From Balanoglossus misakiensis (taxonomy: Eukaryota; Animalia; Hemichordata): 64,000 bases of DNA. Numbering within the stretch: position 1 is the first letter of the stretch; each line of letters opens with the position of its first letter. Below the pieces are notes generated by a model. That model had not been told where the DNA came from. It did not search any database and saw only the letters and a list, made by a program, of their open reading frames with translations. Both the position numbers and the translations under genes were made by a program. Where the stretch lies: positions 15,693,903 to 15,757,902 of the forward strand of contig CM082577.2 in NCBI GenBank assembly GCA_040954595.2, written 5' to 3'. Positions 23,832-36,862 of the stretch are shown here, one piece after another.

Positions 23832-25459
23832 AGGCCGAGTTACACGAGGCAACTCGGCAGGCAACTCGGTGGGCAACTCGACGCGCAACCCGAGTCGCGA
23901 CGCTACATCGAACGGTTACACGGGGCGACTCGACTGGCAACTAATTGGGCGTAAACAGCGGCTGCGCATGTGCACCCGCCTCAAAAGCCGATCTTCAATT
24001 TGATCTTTATCCGATCAATTTGGTGGTTATTCTGGCAACAGCATGCATATATTATACTTATCAATTAGCTGATCAAACTGGTCATCTGACCAGGTATTTT
24101 TTCTTGAAAACAACACAGTTTGCGAATTTGAACTGCATACAATACGTACACTTTATCCATTATGTTTACTATTTACATAATAAACTAACTAGTATTGCAC
24201 TTCAACAGTATCCTAATCAATGAAAACAATGGTTTTTTTCACAGTTAGCACGTGATATGCAAGTCTATATGAGTAAAGAAAAAAATACTAGCTTGGGTGC
24301 TTAATTTGATTAATACGGAATTTTTAACCGTGATACCAAATTGGACAAAATTTAAAGTTAATAAATATTTGTTTTAATAAAAAAGGAGTAACTTAAGTTT
24401 CATTACAAAAACATTGACTTATTTTATTTAAAATGTACTTGAAACCAGGTATATTTTTTGTTATAAAAGATCAACCGGCGAGTTTAAATCCTCGTAAGAC
24501 AGGGGAGAAGATTATGGGGAAATTGAAGACTGTTGCGCAATGTAACATTAAGATTACTGAATTATCAAACTGCACATCATACAAATGTGTCAAAAAATGC
24601 GGAGCGAAAGTCGTGCCAATCTGTAAAAACGTTATCGATAATAAACTAAATCCGTGTTTCGAAATACAGTGAAAGTAATAACAAAGCAAGTGGGACTTTT
24701 CATTGTAGAATAACGAAGTATATTTTTTAAAGAAGAAATATATTGCTTGATAGATTTGTTTGTATGTAAAATTATACAAATAGAACTATATTTGTATTTA
24801 TAAGTTGACATGACCGGGCGAAATAGACACGTGTTTTGCCCAAAAAGATATATGATGTACACTGGCTGTGTAAGAACTCTTGAACTGTGGGCGATAATCA
24901 TAAGCTGGCGTTTTATTATTCTGAAATTCGGTTACGATTTTTGGTTACGGTACCCCCAAAATCGGAAACGCAATCAGTGTCGAGTCAATCATCATAACCA
25001 TTTTCGCGGAACTGAATAGTAGTTTATTGTTTATACCATCACTGGCAAGATAATTAGTTAAAAGTTTCTTTAACAAAACTTGAGTTTACATGGAAATATT
25101 AAACTATAAACACATACAAATATCCGATTTCATAGCAAATACTTATTCCCCAATATTTTCGGAAGTCTACAGGTCTACAGTCTGTAGTTCCTGGTTCGGA
25201 AAATAACAAATAAACATCATTTTCGCATGTGCAGATGTCAACATTTATTCGAGACAAAGTGGTAACGCGGGGCAACCGATTGCGCGTCAGGCAACTCGTC
25301 GCCCGAAAATCCAACATGACGGATTTTGAGGCGACGTCGCCAGACGCGTTCCATTGAGGCGACTTCATCATACACACGAGGCAACTCGGTAGGCAACTCG
25401 GGTTGCGCGTCGAGTTGCCTACCGAGTTGCCTGCCGAGTTGCCTCGTGTAACTCGGCCT
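23832..25459. mobile_element. Non-autonomous PIF/Harbinger element
   Basis: ~55-bp TIRs AGGCCGAGTTACACGAGGCAACTCGG with GGCAACTCG subrepeats; 3-bp TSD TTA (23829-23831, 25460-25462). Confidence 0.9.
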
Positions 25460-25972
25460 TTAAGGGTCATGAGGTCACATGTGTTGATATAAACTGGACC
25501 CCTGGAGGTCCTCATGATGTGATCTATTAGCCCTTTAAACACACTAATTATTAACTATACACTCCCTCACACTCGAGACAACACGTAGGGTTTACTAAGT
25601 GAACCCTTTAAAGAATAATCTCAATCACACAAAAGCTCACTCCCACACAAAAAGAAACTTCTACGCGTACAGAGAAAAGTTCTACGCATGCGCCGACCGA
25701 TACAGAAGCCCAGGGGTGTGTGTTGCACTGACCTGCGTTAACAGATCCCGTGAGGAGTACGGTGCCCAGAGTGCTAACACATCCCTAAACTTCGTTGGCC
25801 TCTTTTGCACACAACAAAATAAGCACGACTTAGATCTTGCGATCGGTGACCGGCTACACCCCAAACACGTTTTTTGGAATGAGGACCCTAAACAAAGGAA
25901 AAAAGCCCTACTATACGTGCCAAGATGGCGGCCGAATTTCCGCCCACGCGGTAGTGGGGAAAAAACACAGAA

Positions 25973-26295
25973 CAGTCGCATCGATGACCCATATTAGGAG
26001 TTGCTTATTAGCATAAAAATTAACATATCGTTAATATGTAGAACGCGATCTGACCAATGACGTGCCCGGAAAGCCGCGCCTCTCACCCATTTCCCCGCCC
26101 TTTGTTATGAAAATCATGACCCTTTCTTTTCAAATGTAAATTTTGGGGTCAAATACGCTGTTTGGGGATATCCCGTCAATTAAAAACAAGAAAGTACGAG
26201 TCAAACTTGCTTCCGCGTCAATAAGAAAAATTTTCACCAGTGCTTTTGTGAAATAATAAATTTTGATTTCGGCGCCTACACTAGTTTTGACGACA
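25973..26295 (+). repeat. Left TIR of the Academ-like element
   Basis: Reverse complement of 37430-37744 with one diverged, indel-bearing segment. Confidence 0.93.
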
Positions 26296-29200
26296 TGGTA
26301 GTGCCCGAGCGCGAGCTAGCGGTAAAAGCTGACGGTGCTCGCGCGACAAGACGTAGCGACAGACGACAGCACAAATCAGAAACGATGGAGAAACAAACAG
26401 GACGTTACGTCCCAAAGTGCCGGTGTCCTCGACATGACGAATGGGGCAGTCTAGCGGCCCCGTTGTTCCAATACGTCAAATTGCCAGCCTATGCAAAAAA
26501 ATATATGGCTGGATTTCGAACACGGGGATCCGTCTGTGCAGACTGCCTCAAACAAATGGTAAGTCACTCTTTTGTAACTTTTTTGTTATTCTGAAGACGT
26601 TACCTGCACAAAAAAACTATCGGTCAATGCTAGTGCTATTGATTCACGTTTAATATACGTAGCGTATTTGTTTATTTTGCAGAATTTACCCATGAAGTTA
26701 TGCATTTTATAGAATTAATGCAGGAACATATCTCCTTGTGCAAAAAATAAGAATTTAACAAAAAAGTAGAAAAAGAAAAAACGGAACTGAGTAGTGTGAT
26801 CAAATGACAACCTTCTGTAAAACTATTTGAATAATAATTACCAGCATGAACTATTGTTGTGTTTATCAACAATTATTCAAGTTTTGAAAGATTTTGACAT
26901 AAAAGTTCACAAGGAACAGACAGGTGCTACAATAAACGCAGGTGTGGGATATACAATGTCAATAATTCAATAACCATAAAATAACTGTAGACACTAAATT
27001 ATTTTTCAGTCATTCTTGAAAAAAAAATCGCACGCTGCGACTTGGAGGACACCGGCAGCGATTCCTGAAGAACCAAAGGTAAATGAAAAACTGTGCTGCA
27101 TGTATTTTCAACTCTGACAAAATATTTGAGGACCACACAGGAACACAGTATACACATCTTTTTTATTGTGAAGAAATTATTCTGATTTATATGCCACACA
27201 AAGACAACAACAATGCACAGGTAGTTATGTGTGTATGTATGATACATATCTGATTAAAATGCATGGTAGTCAGGCCAGTATTTTATTTTGATGTAAGTCA
27301 TGTTTATTCTTATTGTGTGTTTTTTGTGCCTATTAATTTACTTGATTCATCATCAAAACACACAAAACAAGCAACTATGGAAAAAAAGACAAACCATAAG
27401 CATTAATTGTATTGTATTTTTATTTGTATTTACAGTCATGTTTAGCCACGGAGGCCGCTGGGTCATGCCAGCCTCATACAATGGAGGTGAACTGTTACGT
27501 AAGTTTCCTACGTATTGTAAACCCTTGAAATTTTGGTTAGCTTGCAATAGCCAAATTTAAGTAGATTTTTGTTTAAATTGTTCTTCTGGTCTAACTTACA
27601 TGAGTGAATAATAATTTAATGCTTTAAATCTTGCATTTATTTCAGGAGTGTGAACATCGACAAAATCAAAAGAAGACTGGTGAAGAGGAAGACAGAAGCA
27701 AGGTAATTGAAATGGTCTACAATCAATGCAAAGAAAATGCTGTCAGTTTGGGCCTTGAAATGATTAAAATGGTATTTCTGAATAAAATGTGTATTTTATT
27801 TTTATTTTATTTTCAGGACAAAGAGAAAATAAAAGAGTTGGAGGAAGAAATTGAGAGGCTGAAAAGGGAAATCGGGGGGAGGTTTAGCACAAGGGATAAG
27901 AGGGTGGAAGCAATTAGGGAAATTGGTAAATTGGTAAATTAGAAAATTTAGAAATTTACAGGCATGCAGATCTCCTCTGCCAAAACCAAGACAGGTATTC
28001 CGTTCAAAATTTATCAGACATAGATTTACATAATCTATTGTCAGAACGGAATCCTGTCTTGGTTTCCTTTCTTGAGGAGATCTGTATGCCAAATACTGGA
28101 ATCCCAAATAACACTCAATATCTTGCCCATGCCGTTGAACTTGTTTAAACTGCCAGGAATCCTAAGTTTGTGAGTAGTTTTATTTCTGCAATTCAAGTTA
28201 TTTTATTTAGTTTGACAAGAAGTCGCCTGGCAGTTGATCTCATGGGCCACGTAACAGCAGGCCCATGTTATGATGTTATTAACAATATTCATTTTAAAGG
28301 TAATTTTGATTTTCCAGATGCACCTGAGGGGTTAGTTGAATTTTCTTTTGATAATGAACAACGTCTTTCCAAAAATTACATTAACAGAAATGGTAATTCA
28401 GTTACTTTGGATATTTTTACTAACATTATTGCTTCTCAGCTGGACCCAGAATCATCACTGCAATATGATTCTGGGTTGAAGCCAAGTCAGTGGCAGAAGG
28501 TTTCAGAGACAGATGTTTCCAATACAGAGGACAGCAAGTATGATGAGTTTGATTCAGTTGTCAAAGAGTCCATTGCTTCTTATGTTGATAATTTAATTTT
28601 ATCTTCTGTAGCCACTATCAATGTAGATAATGCACCACAGACTGACTATATTGACACATACTTACAACAAAAACAACAGACTGACAGCATCGAGATTTGC
28701 CCTAAGTGCGGTTTCACCCACACGAAGGGCAAATCGAGAATTGCCAAGTGTCGAGGTTGTGGCATTTGGATGGGTAAGTATAGAAAGGAGATGAAAAGAG
28801 AGAAGACATCAACTTTTATTTCACCGGGCAGAAGACAAATTAAAAAGAAGAAGAAGGGAACCATCTTGCATGAGTGTGTTGGTGAAGTAAAAGTTGATCA
28901 CATGGGTAAGCAAACTACCAGAATTGTTAAAAAGCCCCCAAAACAAGCAAATAAAGCAAATATTTCTGTTATGTCCCCTATTTTTGTAAATCCTAATTGT
29001 GTTGAATCAGTGAAAGAAATTCTTAATCACATTGGTAAACTTGCAAAAATCAAACAATATTTTAATCATGGTGAGGGAAATGGAGATTATTGTACATATA
29101 GGGAATGGGTTATAATCAGGTGTGATGGCTTGCCATATGTAATTATCCGTAAAATTTTATCAGAAGATCATGAGGGAATATTTTCATGGGTTGTTTTAAG

Positions 29201-30377
29201 GACGGGTCTTTTACATGAAGAAATCAATGCAGTCAAATCATTTGTTTCTATGTATTGGGATGTAATTTACAGGGACTTTGCTCTATCTCAGGGATTCTCC
29301 TCAGGCAGATATCTAGAATTTGTGAAGAAGTGTTCTGATCATCACATTTCATTTGACCTTCTTTGCAAATTCAGAGATTGTCTGTGGAGCGAATTGCTAC
29401 ATGAATTTCATGTGAGTAATCCCACTGCTGATGCATCCACCAGTTTGTTTCTTGGCTGGTTGAATGCAGCAGCAGTGACAGACTCTCACATGAATTTCAT
29501 TTACAATATTCTTCTACAACATTTACATGGAATTTTCCTCTTTCGACAGGGCACGCGCTTCAATTCACCCACTTACCTACGGGCTGGGCGGCGTCTCCTT
29601 CGCACCTTGTGGCACGGTCGGAATCACCCCACTTACCAAATGATTGATGTCTATGACGAGACCGACCGTGCCCGGTATCCACCAGTACTTCTCCAAACTC
29701 TGGAGAAGTACGAGGCCATTTCAAGATCTGGCAGGCCTGATGCCCATCAAGGTGCGGACGCCGTCCTGGAGGAGTACAACAAAAACATCAAGGCCTGGGC
29801 TCCTCCAGTGCCCGATTCGGGTAAGTGGGTTGTCATCTGTAGCAGGCATGATGCCCTGGCCAGTCTGAGAAAGACAGTCTTCTCAGTCGTTAGCCTTGTA
29901 AACCCCGAGTCGTTGGAATGTAGCCGCCCAGGCTACTCTAACGACTTGACGGGTTTCAGGGGACGACTGAGACAGACATCTTATGTCAAGTATCAGGCTG
30001 GTCGGTCTTCTATTACCATCTCAGGAGATGCTATGGATAGACACATTGGCAATTATAACATCAATGCCGAAGAAAGAAGACGTGCCCTGGTAAGTATCAT
30101 CTGCCAAGGTAAGTATCCAGGCACTGGCAAAAAAAAAATACTATTCGTAACAGAAAACGAGAGAGAAGAAAGTGAAAGAGAAGAAAATAAAACAAATGCC
30201 ACACTTCGACACGAATGCAACGACATAATTCAGACACTACGGTTGACAGACAGAACATCACTGCATACACAACTACGACGGGCAACAAACAAAGCCAAGC
30301 TCCTGGAATTACTGCACAGTTTGCATGATTTACAAGGGGCTATTACAGAAGTGTTTGAATTTGAAATGCAACAGTAA
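26295..30377 (+). pseudogene. Large DDE transposase (Academ/DUF6589-like): small 5' exons plus long last exon 27817-30377; ORF 28170-30377 is the open part
   Basis: Candidate catalytic motifs FSFDNEQ, RCDGLPY, GLLHEEIN, GADAVLEEYNK; CPKC..CRGC zinc ribbon; exon 1 with CRCPRH..CADC ends ATG|GTAAGT at 26558; lesions are an 8-bp duplication at 27921-27936 and an in-frame TAA at 28146-28148. Confidence 0.7.
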
Positions 30378-30958
30378 AATTATCAGTGTATTTCAAATTC
30401 AAACACCCATTCCCCTTGTCTATCATATTAACTGTGCACAAAACACAGGAGTCTTGGCAAAAACAGACATACACAACACAGTACACAATTTATTAAACCA
30501 CACAAAACTCAATCAGACTTTGGTGTCAGGGAGGCTTTATTACACTACAGCATCTTAGCACTAACTATAAAACTACATCTACTGCCCCCATACTAAATGT
30601 ATACAAAAGGCCAAAGACAGGCAAAGATACAAACAAGTCATGAAAGATGACGTTTTACAAAGTCAAGCAACTACGGTACAAGGCAGAGGGATGGGAGGGT
30701 GGGTGAAAAGCAAATCGCTATGACAATGTGAAAGCAGCGTGTGTACGAGCAGTGCCGCCTGTAAAAGTACTGAGCCAAGACGCTGACAGTGGCCTTCCCT
30801 GATTGGCTGAAAGTTGGTCATGTGAGGGTCTCGGAGCTTGCGTGATTTAAACACCGCTAAAAGAGCTAGTACTTAAACCACACAAAACTCAATCAGACTT
30901 TGGTGTCAGGGAGGCTTTATTACACTACAGCATCTTAGCACTAACTATAAAACTACAT

Positions 30959-31960
30959 CTACTGCCCCAAACTCCAAAAGGATTTACTAGAGAGTAGAAC
31001 ATCCAGTAGAGGGTAAACATTTAGCAAACACTTGTAAAGAGTTAACCTTAAAGTCAATGGCAAGGTCAAATATTGCAAATAAGCATCGCTTTTCCAATCA
31101 CCCATGATTTTGATAACATCACTGGGAATACCACACTGCAGCGCCCAGGAAGCACCCCCTCTACGTAGGCTGTGGGCTGAATAAAGGTGTGGCTGCACAC
31201 CTGACTTGCTTAAGTGAAGGCGGAGCTTAGAGCTAAATTTCCCTGGTAACAAAGGGTGGAAAGAACCATCTATCTCAGGTAGCACAAATGCTGGGCCATC
31301 TTTGGGTGCTGCAAGGGAATAGGAAAATGCGCGCAGCACCGCTGTGACAGGGCACAGCGGATGTTTAGGGATAGCAGGAAGAGGGACTAACAACTTCCTA
31401 TCACGAGTCTGGATAGTCTTGGTCCAATGCAAGGTGATTGAGAGCCCCCAGTTGTGAACCACAAAAGAACTGCGAGAGAGATGTTTGGTGCTATCAAAAC
31501 CCTTGACAGAGGGGGCTAAAAAATTTGAACGTCTAAGGAGCCCAAAAAACCCTACCAAGCAGGCTGCCCAGAACACTGAATCAAACGCGCTACTGAAATC
31601 TAACTGGCGATAAACTGCAAGCAGTAAGGGCGGTGTGATGGGTAGCTTCCTGGCAACTGCCGTTCCCTTCTCCCTAGCGATTCCCTTTAAAACTAGTGAC
31701 AAAAACCAATTGTCTTGCAATGGGTTGGTAAACCCATACTCTAAATGCAAAATGCGAACAATGTTCAAATACTGTCTAACAGATGAAAACTTAAGTCTAC
31801 GAGCAAGAAATGCAGCATATCTGCAAACCATTTCTGCAGAGGCTGGAACAGGTGGATAACCCATTAAAATACAAAATTCTAAATAAGACTTCCAGTGGGT
31901 ACTGTATGTACGCTTTGTATTGGTGGCAAATGCACTGGATCTGTATCTGGTAACTTCCAA
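30959..31960 (-). CDS. Ngaro tyrosine recombinase
   Basis: GLLRRSN (R), WTKT (K), HSLRRGGA (HxxR), GDWKSDAY (W, Y); overlaps the RT ORF end. Confidence 0.95.
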   Translation of the reverse strand: MEVTRYRSSAFATNTKRTYSTHWKSYLEFCILMGYPPVPASAEMVCRYAAFLARRLKFSSVRQYLNIVRILHLEYGFTNPLQDNWFLSLVLKGIAREKGTAVARKLPITPPLLLAVYRQLDFSSAFDSVFWAACLVGFFGLLRRSNFLAPSVKGFDSTKHLSRSSFVVHNWGLSITLHWTKTIQTRDRKLLVPLPAIPKHPLCPVTAVLRAFSYSLAAPKDGPAFVLPEIDGSFHPLLPGKFSSKLRLHLSKSGVQPHLYSAHSLRRGGASWALQCGIPSDVIKIMGDWKSDAYLQYLTLPLTLRLTLYKCLLNVYPLLDVLLSSKSFWSLGQ

Positions 31961-33636
31961 GTCAAGCTGTGCTTCCAGCTGCTGGACTTCTGGATCTGTG
32001 GGATAAGGGCCAGCAAAGCCATTTTAGACATATGAGCAGGTAATGAATTGTAAGTACAGATAGGGTGATAAACACCCCCTGGATCAAACAGTGAATGCAA
32101 ACGTAACAGCTGACCCGGCTCATGTAGTCTAGAAATCGCATCTGGAATATTGTTCAGTTTGCCAGGAACATACACTGCTTGCACAGAGAAATTGAAAACA
32201 GCAGATAACCAAAACAGTGAACGCAGGCTATCCATAATTACAGCATGTTTTGAAATTCCTTTGTTTATTATATGCATGGCTGTAATATTGTCAGTATGAA
32301 GTATCACCTTGTGATTAGCCCAGTAAGGGGCCCACCTGAGAGCAGCTAATAAGAGAACCAAGGTCTCCTTGTAATTAATATGCAAATTAGCAGCTTTAGG
32401 CCACTCACACCATGGAAAGTAAAGCCAGTCATTTTTAAACCAAGCACCAGCAGCTTTACCAGATGCATCTGTATGGACATCAGTAATCGGTGCACGATTT
32501 AGAAACCTGACACTACCATTAAACTGTGGTAAGAAAGCAATCCACCAGTCTAAATCTGCAAAAAAGTCACTACACAATAAAATTTTGTGTGTGGGTTTGT
32601 TAAGCTTGCCTATGCAATCTATTATTCTCCGGAGGAAAGTTCTACCTCCATAAATAACTTGACAGGCCCAATTTAGCTTCCCAGCAAGGGACTGCAGCTG
32701 GCGGCTTGATGCACGTTTTTTGTTGCGAAACGAGAGCAGCAGGCGGAAGAATTCATGCAATTTAGCAGGCGGCAAAGACAGTGTAAGATTCACACTGTCA
32801 ATAAGGACTCCCAGAAAAACCAAACGTTGGGTAGGGCCCTCCACTTTGTGCCATGCAATGGCAAAACCCAATTTGCGGAGAAGTTTAATGAGGATATTCA
32901 ATGCTTTTTGACATTCCTCATATGTGTCAGCAACAATTAAGAAATCATCTAAATATACTACAACACTATCTATACCTTGACGAGCAAGCATTCTGCGGAC
33001 AGCTTGAGTTATGCGGTGGAAAATCATGGGAGCTCTTTTTGCCCCAAAAGGTAACCTTGTATCATACATATATGTCGGCCCGTTAGAGTCAGAGAAAGCC
33101 CATTTAAGACCAGTAAACTCGTAATTTGACGGGTGGATGCGCACTGACCTATATGCAGACTTGAGGTCTACCTTGGCCATGAAAGAGCCGGGTTTAATAA
33201 GATTGATGGCATCTTGTAAGGTTTGATACGAGAAAGAAGGTGCATCAGCAAAATCATTGATAGTCGACCCTGGGGAACGACTACAATCGTGTATGAGGCG
33301 AACACCATTAGACTGTGGCTTAGGTATTGCTCCTATAGCACTAACAATGTGAGGCTTAGCAGGGGTAACAACATAACGCCCTTCCCTAATTTCATCCATA
33401 ATTTGGGATTCCACTGTACAACAATTCCCTTCAGCAGTAGCAGACCGATAATTATCCACCTCCACACGAGACCCAACAGAATTACAATCTAAAATATGAA
33501 AGCCGTTGTTTATACCATCAAGGAGAAAATCCTTGTCAGGGTCATCAGGAGCAATCTCAGAGACCCAAGCATCGTAATTTAAACTATGAGGGTTGGGTGG
33601 AGGGGGAGGCAGACGGTCTACTTTTGCTCGTTTTTT
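31879..33636 (-). CDS. Ngaro reverse transcriptase / RNase H
   Basis: RLIHDCS, KVDLKSAY, LPFG, YLDDFL, HTDASG, HTDN, PDAISR; frame open upstream to an A AAA AAC heptamer overlapping the ORF1 end. Confidence 0.93.
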   Translation of the reverse strand, partial: KKRAKVDRLPPPPPNPHSLNYDAWVSEIAPDDPDKDFLLDGINNGFHILDCNSVGSRVEVDNYRSATAEGNCCTVESQIMDEIREGRYVVTPAKPHIVSAIGAIPKPQSNGVRLIHDCSRSPGSTINDFADAPSFSYQTLQDAINLIKPGSFMAKVDLKSAYRSVRIHPSNYEFTGLKWAFSDSNGPTYMYDTRLPFGAKRAPMIFHRITQAVRRMLARQGIDSVVVYLDDFLIVADTYEECQKALNILIKLLRKLGFAIAWHKVEGPTQRLVFLGVLIDSVNLTLSLPPAKLHEFFRLLLSFRNKKRASSRQLQSLAGKLNWACQVIYGGRTFLRRIIDCIGKLNKPTHKILLCSDFFADLDWWIAFLPQFNGSVRFLNRAPITDVHTDASGKAAGAWFKNDWLYFPWCEWPKAANLHINYKETLVLLLAALRWAPYWANHKVILHTDNITAMHIINKGISKHAVIMDSLRSLFWLSAVFNFSVQAVYVPGKLNNIPDAISRLHEPGQLLRLHSLFDPGGVYHPICTYNSLPAHMSKMALLALIPQIQKSSSWKHSLTWKLPDTDPVHLPPIQSVHTVPTGSLI

Positions 33637-34859
33637 GCCTCGTTTGCTACCCTTGATTCATCTTTAAGATGAGATGACTTTGGGTGCTGCTTGCGACACT
33701 CCAAACAGATGTGAGCATATGTGCACCTATTACCAAATGTACAATTACCTTTGTTGAAACCAATGCATATTGGTCTACCTGTTTTTGCATCTAATGGTGC
33801 AGGCAAAACACCTTTTCCCTTGCTAATATACCCACTAGGGCTAGGGGCACCCTTGCCAGCAACTTTGTTTGCTATAAATTTCTCCCTCAAGTGTACCGAT
33901 GACAAATGTTGGGACTCCGTACCCCAAGGGAAATGATAGGCTGCCTGCAACATCCGATACTCCCTGTCATACACTAGGACAGACGCCCACTCATATCTAT
34001 CAGCCAACTGTGATACTTTCACAGTGTACGCTAGGTATTGTTTGATTTGAATAATATCAAACGAATGATTAATGATCAGTTCGTATAAAATGCGCGCGTT
34101 CGCCGCTGTCCATTGTTGTGGTGTGACAGAGTTCAGCTTAGGTTTGGCGGGACCGGATTCCAATATCAGCTTACTGCCGCTGTCGCCGACCGACAGGACC
34201 TGTTGTTCAACTTTCGTTGTGAAGGAACCGGGGACAAAGTCAACAATATCCAAGTGTTTCTGACCTTTAGTCTTGGGTTTTAGGTAAACCAGTGGGTCTA
34301 AATCCATACGATCAGGTGTAGCGGACTTTGGCGGCACGTCCGCGATGGGATTTGCAGCTGCTGGTTCTGGAGCCAACGCCTTCAGCAAGGTGTCCAGGTT
34401 GAAGCTTGCGGGAGACGTTTCTTCGCCTTTCAATGTAGATACGGGAGGAGCACTGCGGTCAGAAGAGGTCACGTCTTTACGACAGTCCGCGCCACTGGAG
34501 AAACTTGACACATTCCCTGCAACAGTCGGGGCCGCCATCTTGGAAGTCATGTTTTTGGCGGGACTGGCTTGACCCTGGCCGGGTCCCATCAGCGCAATTA
34601 TTGCCGCTTCTAACTGTCTGAGCTGGCCCAATGGACTGATTTTCATACTGACCATGTCTTCAGGCTTGATCAGTTTGACAGCATCCAATGAAACGAAGCC
34701 GTGCATACCAAGAACCGACAGTGTGTCCAAAGAAATACCGTATTTTTCTGCCCACAGTTGCATCTCCAAACAGGGTGTCATGGACGATAACAGGCTTGCT
34801 GTGTCGACGGTATGGTCTACATGACCAGTCGCAGCCGAGTCGACGCTGAGCTTATCCAT
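33618..34859 (-). CDS. Ngaro ORF1 (Gag-like, CCCH zinc finger)
   Basis: First ATG MDKLSV at 34859; WASVLVYDREYRMLQA and CIGFNKGNCTFGNRCTYAHICLEC motifs. Confidence 0.85.
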   Translation of the reverse strand: MDKLSVDSAATGHVDHTVDTASLLSSMTPCLEMQLWAEKYGISLDTLSVLGMHGFVSLDAVKLIKPEDMVSMKISPLGQLRQLEAAIIALMGPGQGQASPAKNMTSKMAAPTVAGNVSSFSSGADCRKDVTSSDRSAPPVSTLKGEETSPASFNLDTLLKALAPEPAAANPIADVPPKSATPDRMDLDPLVYLKPKTKGQKHLDIVDFVPGSFTTKVEQQVLSVGDSGSKLILESGPAKPKLNSVTPQQWTAANARILYELIINHSFDIIQIKQYLAYTVKVSQLADRYEWASVLVYDREYRMLQAAYHFPWGTESQHLSSVHLREKFIANKVAGKGAPSPSGYISKGKGVLPAPLDAKTGRPICIGFNKGNCTFGNRCTYAHICLECRKQHPKSSHLKDESRVANEAKNEQK

Positions 34860-36193
34860 CACTACCACTACGTCTGTCGGTGACAGATAGTTAAACCGAA
34901 ACGTAACTGTAAAAGCCGACTTAACAGCGTACGCTCGATATTGCTTGAAAAGCAAATCGCTATGACAATGTGAAAGCAGCGTGTGTACGAGCAGTGCCGC
35001 CTGTAAAAGTACTGAGCCAAGACGCTGACAGTGGCCTTCCCTGATTGGCTGAAAGTTGGTCATGTGAGGGTCTCGGAGCTTGCGTGATTTAAACACCGCT
35101 CAAAGAGCTAGTACATTACAGTGGCTACAGATTTTATTGATTTATATATTTATAATCTTTTTTTGGTCTTATTTCACAGTTTATCTATTAGTTTACCATG
35201 TATCTCTATTCTTTTTTTTTTACTTTCCATGATTTAATCTCTTTTTTGTGTGTATCTTTTTTTTCAATTATGTTTAGTCCTCTTGAGGAGCAGATGTTAC
35301 TGAAAATCACTGCCACTGTACTTGCTGACCAGCTGAGGAGCTTAATGTTAATATTATTTTTATTATTGATTTTCTTTTTCTAATCAACAGAATTTATATA
35401 TTTTTTTAATTATATTTTTATTGTAAATTTATTTGAAGGTTTCTAAATAGGAATGAAACAAATTAATTACTTTTGATATTATAACCCAACATTAAAACAT
35501 TATTTCCAGTCAATCATGTGATAAAAATTCAAATTATGATCATTTCCGAATTTTATTTATTTTAAAATCATGACACAATTTTTTTTTCCTATTTAGAAAC
35601 CTATTCTACTAACACTTCAGGTGCAATGGTTTACTTTTATTTTATGCTTTAATTACATTTTTAATATCTTTTAGGTTTATTTATTCTTTTACGATTAATT
35701 TTCATTTGTGGGCAAAATATTGAGTGTCATTTACATTTTTTTAATAAACTTGGTTTCATATATTATTTAAATACAGCAATCATTTCTTTCGCCAAATTGG
35801 ATTCCAGTATTATTTTCTTTTATCATTATTTATAAATTATGGGAATTGATTTGTTAATGGTTATGGGGTTGGATTGGGTGGGTTCGGGGTTGATAAAGTT
35901 AAGAGAGATTTTTGTGCATTGTTATAATAATCATGAATTGAATGTAAATTTATATGAATTTTTTAGTTCTTTGTAATAAAAATCTGTTAATCTCAAATAG
36001 TGGTCAGTTGTGAGGAGTCGTTTATTTCAATTTCATGCCATCTTATTTTAGCTTTTTGACATTTGGAAGTTTACAAAATTATGCATTTATACAATTAAAA
36101 CAAATTTTCAAAAATACAGTCATTTCAATAAAACAAATTACGAAAGTGGAAACATCATGCAATGTAATTTTAATTTCTTGACAGTAGAAACAT

Positions 36194-36333
36194 CAGTGCT
36201 TCATCTAGGGGGGAGGGGGATTCACCCCCTTGTTGACATGATAGCACCCCCTAGGAATTTGTCAAGGGGGGACCAATATTCTTGCAATGGGGGACATATC
36301 CCCCCTGTTGATGCCATCCTAAATGAAACACTG
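36194..36333. mobile_element. 140-bp MITE with hAT-like CAG termini
   Basis: CAGTGCTTCATCTAGG ... CCTAAATGAAACACTG (14/16 match); no TSD recognisable. Confidence 0.5.
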
Positions 36334-36862
36334 AAGTATGAGTTAAGACAATGAACTATACTCGGTGACTGAAGATATAACAGTATAACATCAAGAACAC
36401 CATGTGTACATGACAGATGTCCGGAATATCATTTGTAAACCTACCACAATATAAAGCTCTTCGACCGTGTAGGGGAATTCAATTTGTAAACAGTAAACAT
36501 CACCGGCGGTTCAAGTTGCAGAATTTCCATTTGATTTCACCGTTTTACTGTCAGGTTATCTGGCCGATTCCCCCGATCCTTCTAGATCAATAAGTAATTC
36601 ATACACAAATACTAATTGTTCCCTACCTTGATAAAAAAAAAAAACGTTTAAAAAATCCCGACTCCATCATGACGAAGTACATGTGTCCAAGAGCATAAGC
36701 CAAAGGTCATTTGAGGTTAATTAATGCTGATGACCTCAAACCACAAACGCGAAACCCGTTCGTATGCGATAACAAACAGTTGAAAGAACAACAAAATAAA
36801 TTTAAAAAATAATAAAATAATTACATCAAAACATCAAGTGATTTTTTTTTCAAACGGTATAT

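Larger units (their letters stand above)
30493..35114 (-). mobile_element. Ngaro-type (DIRS order) tyrosine-recombinase retrotransposon, apparently complete
   Basis: gag, RT/RH and YR ORFs; split direct repeats A1 34946-35114, B1 30873-30968, A2 30704-30872, B2 30493-30588; no TSD; no methyltransferase ORF. Confidence 0.93.

Noticed and set aside
34860-35096. 5' extension of Ngaro ORF1 and ORF 30663-30854
   Set aside because: Both begin at a GTG inside the non-coding A repeat
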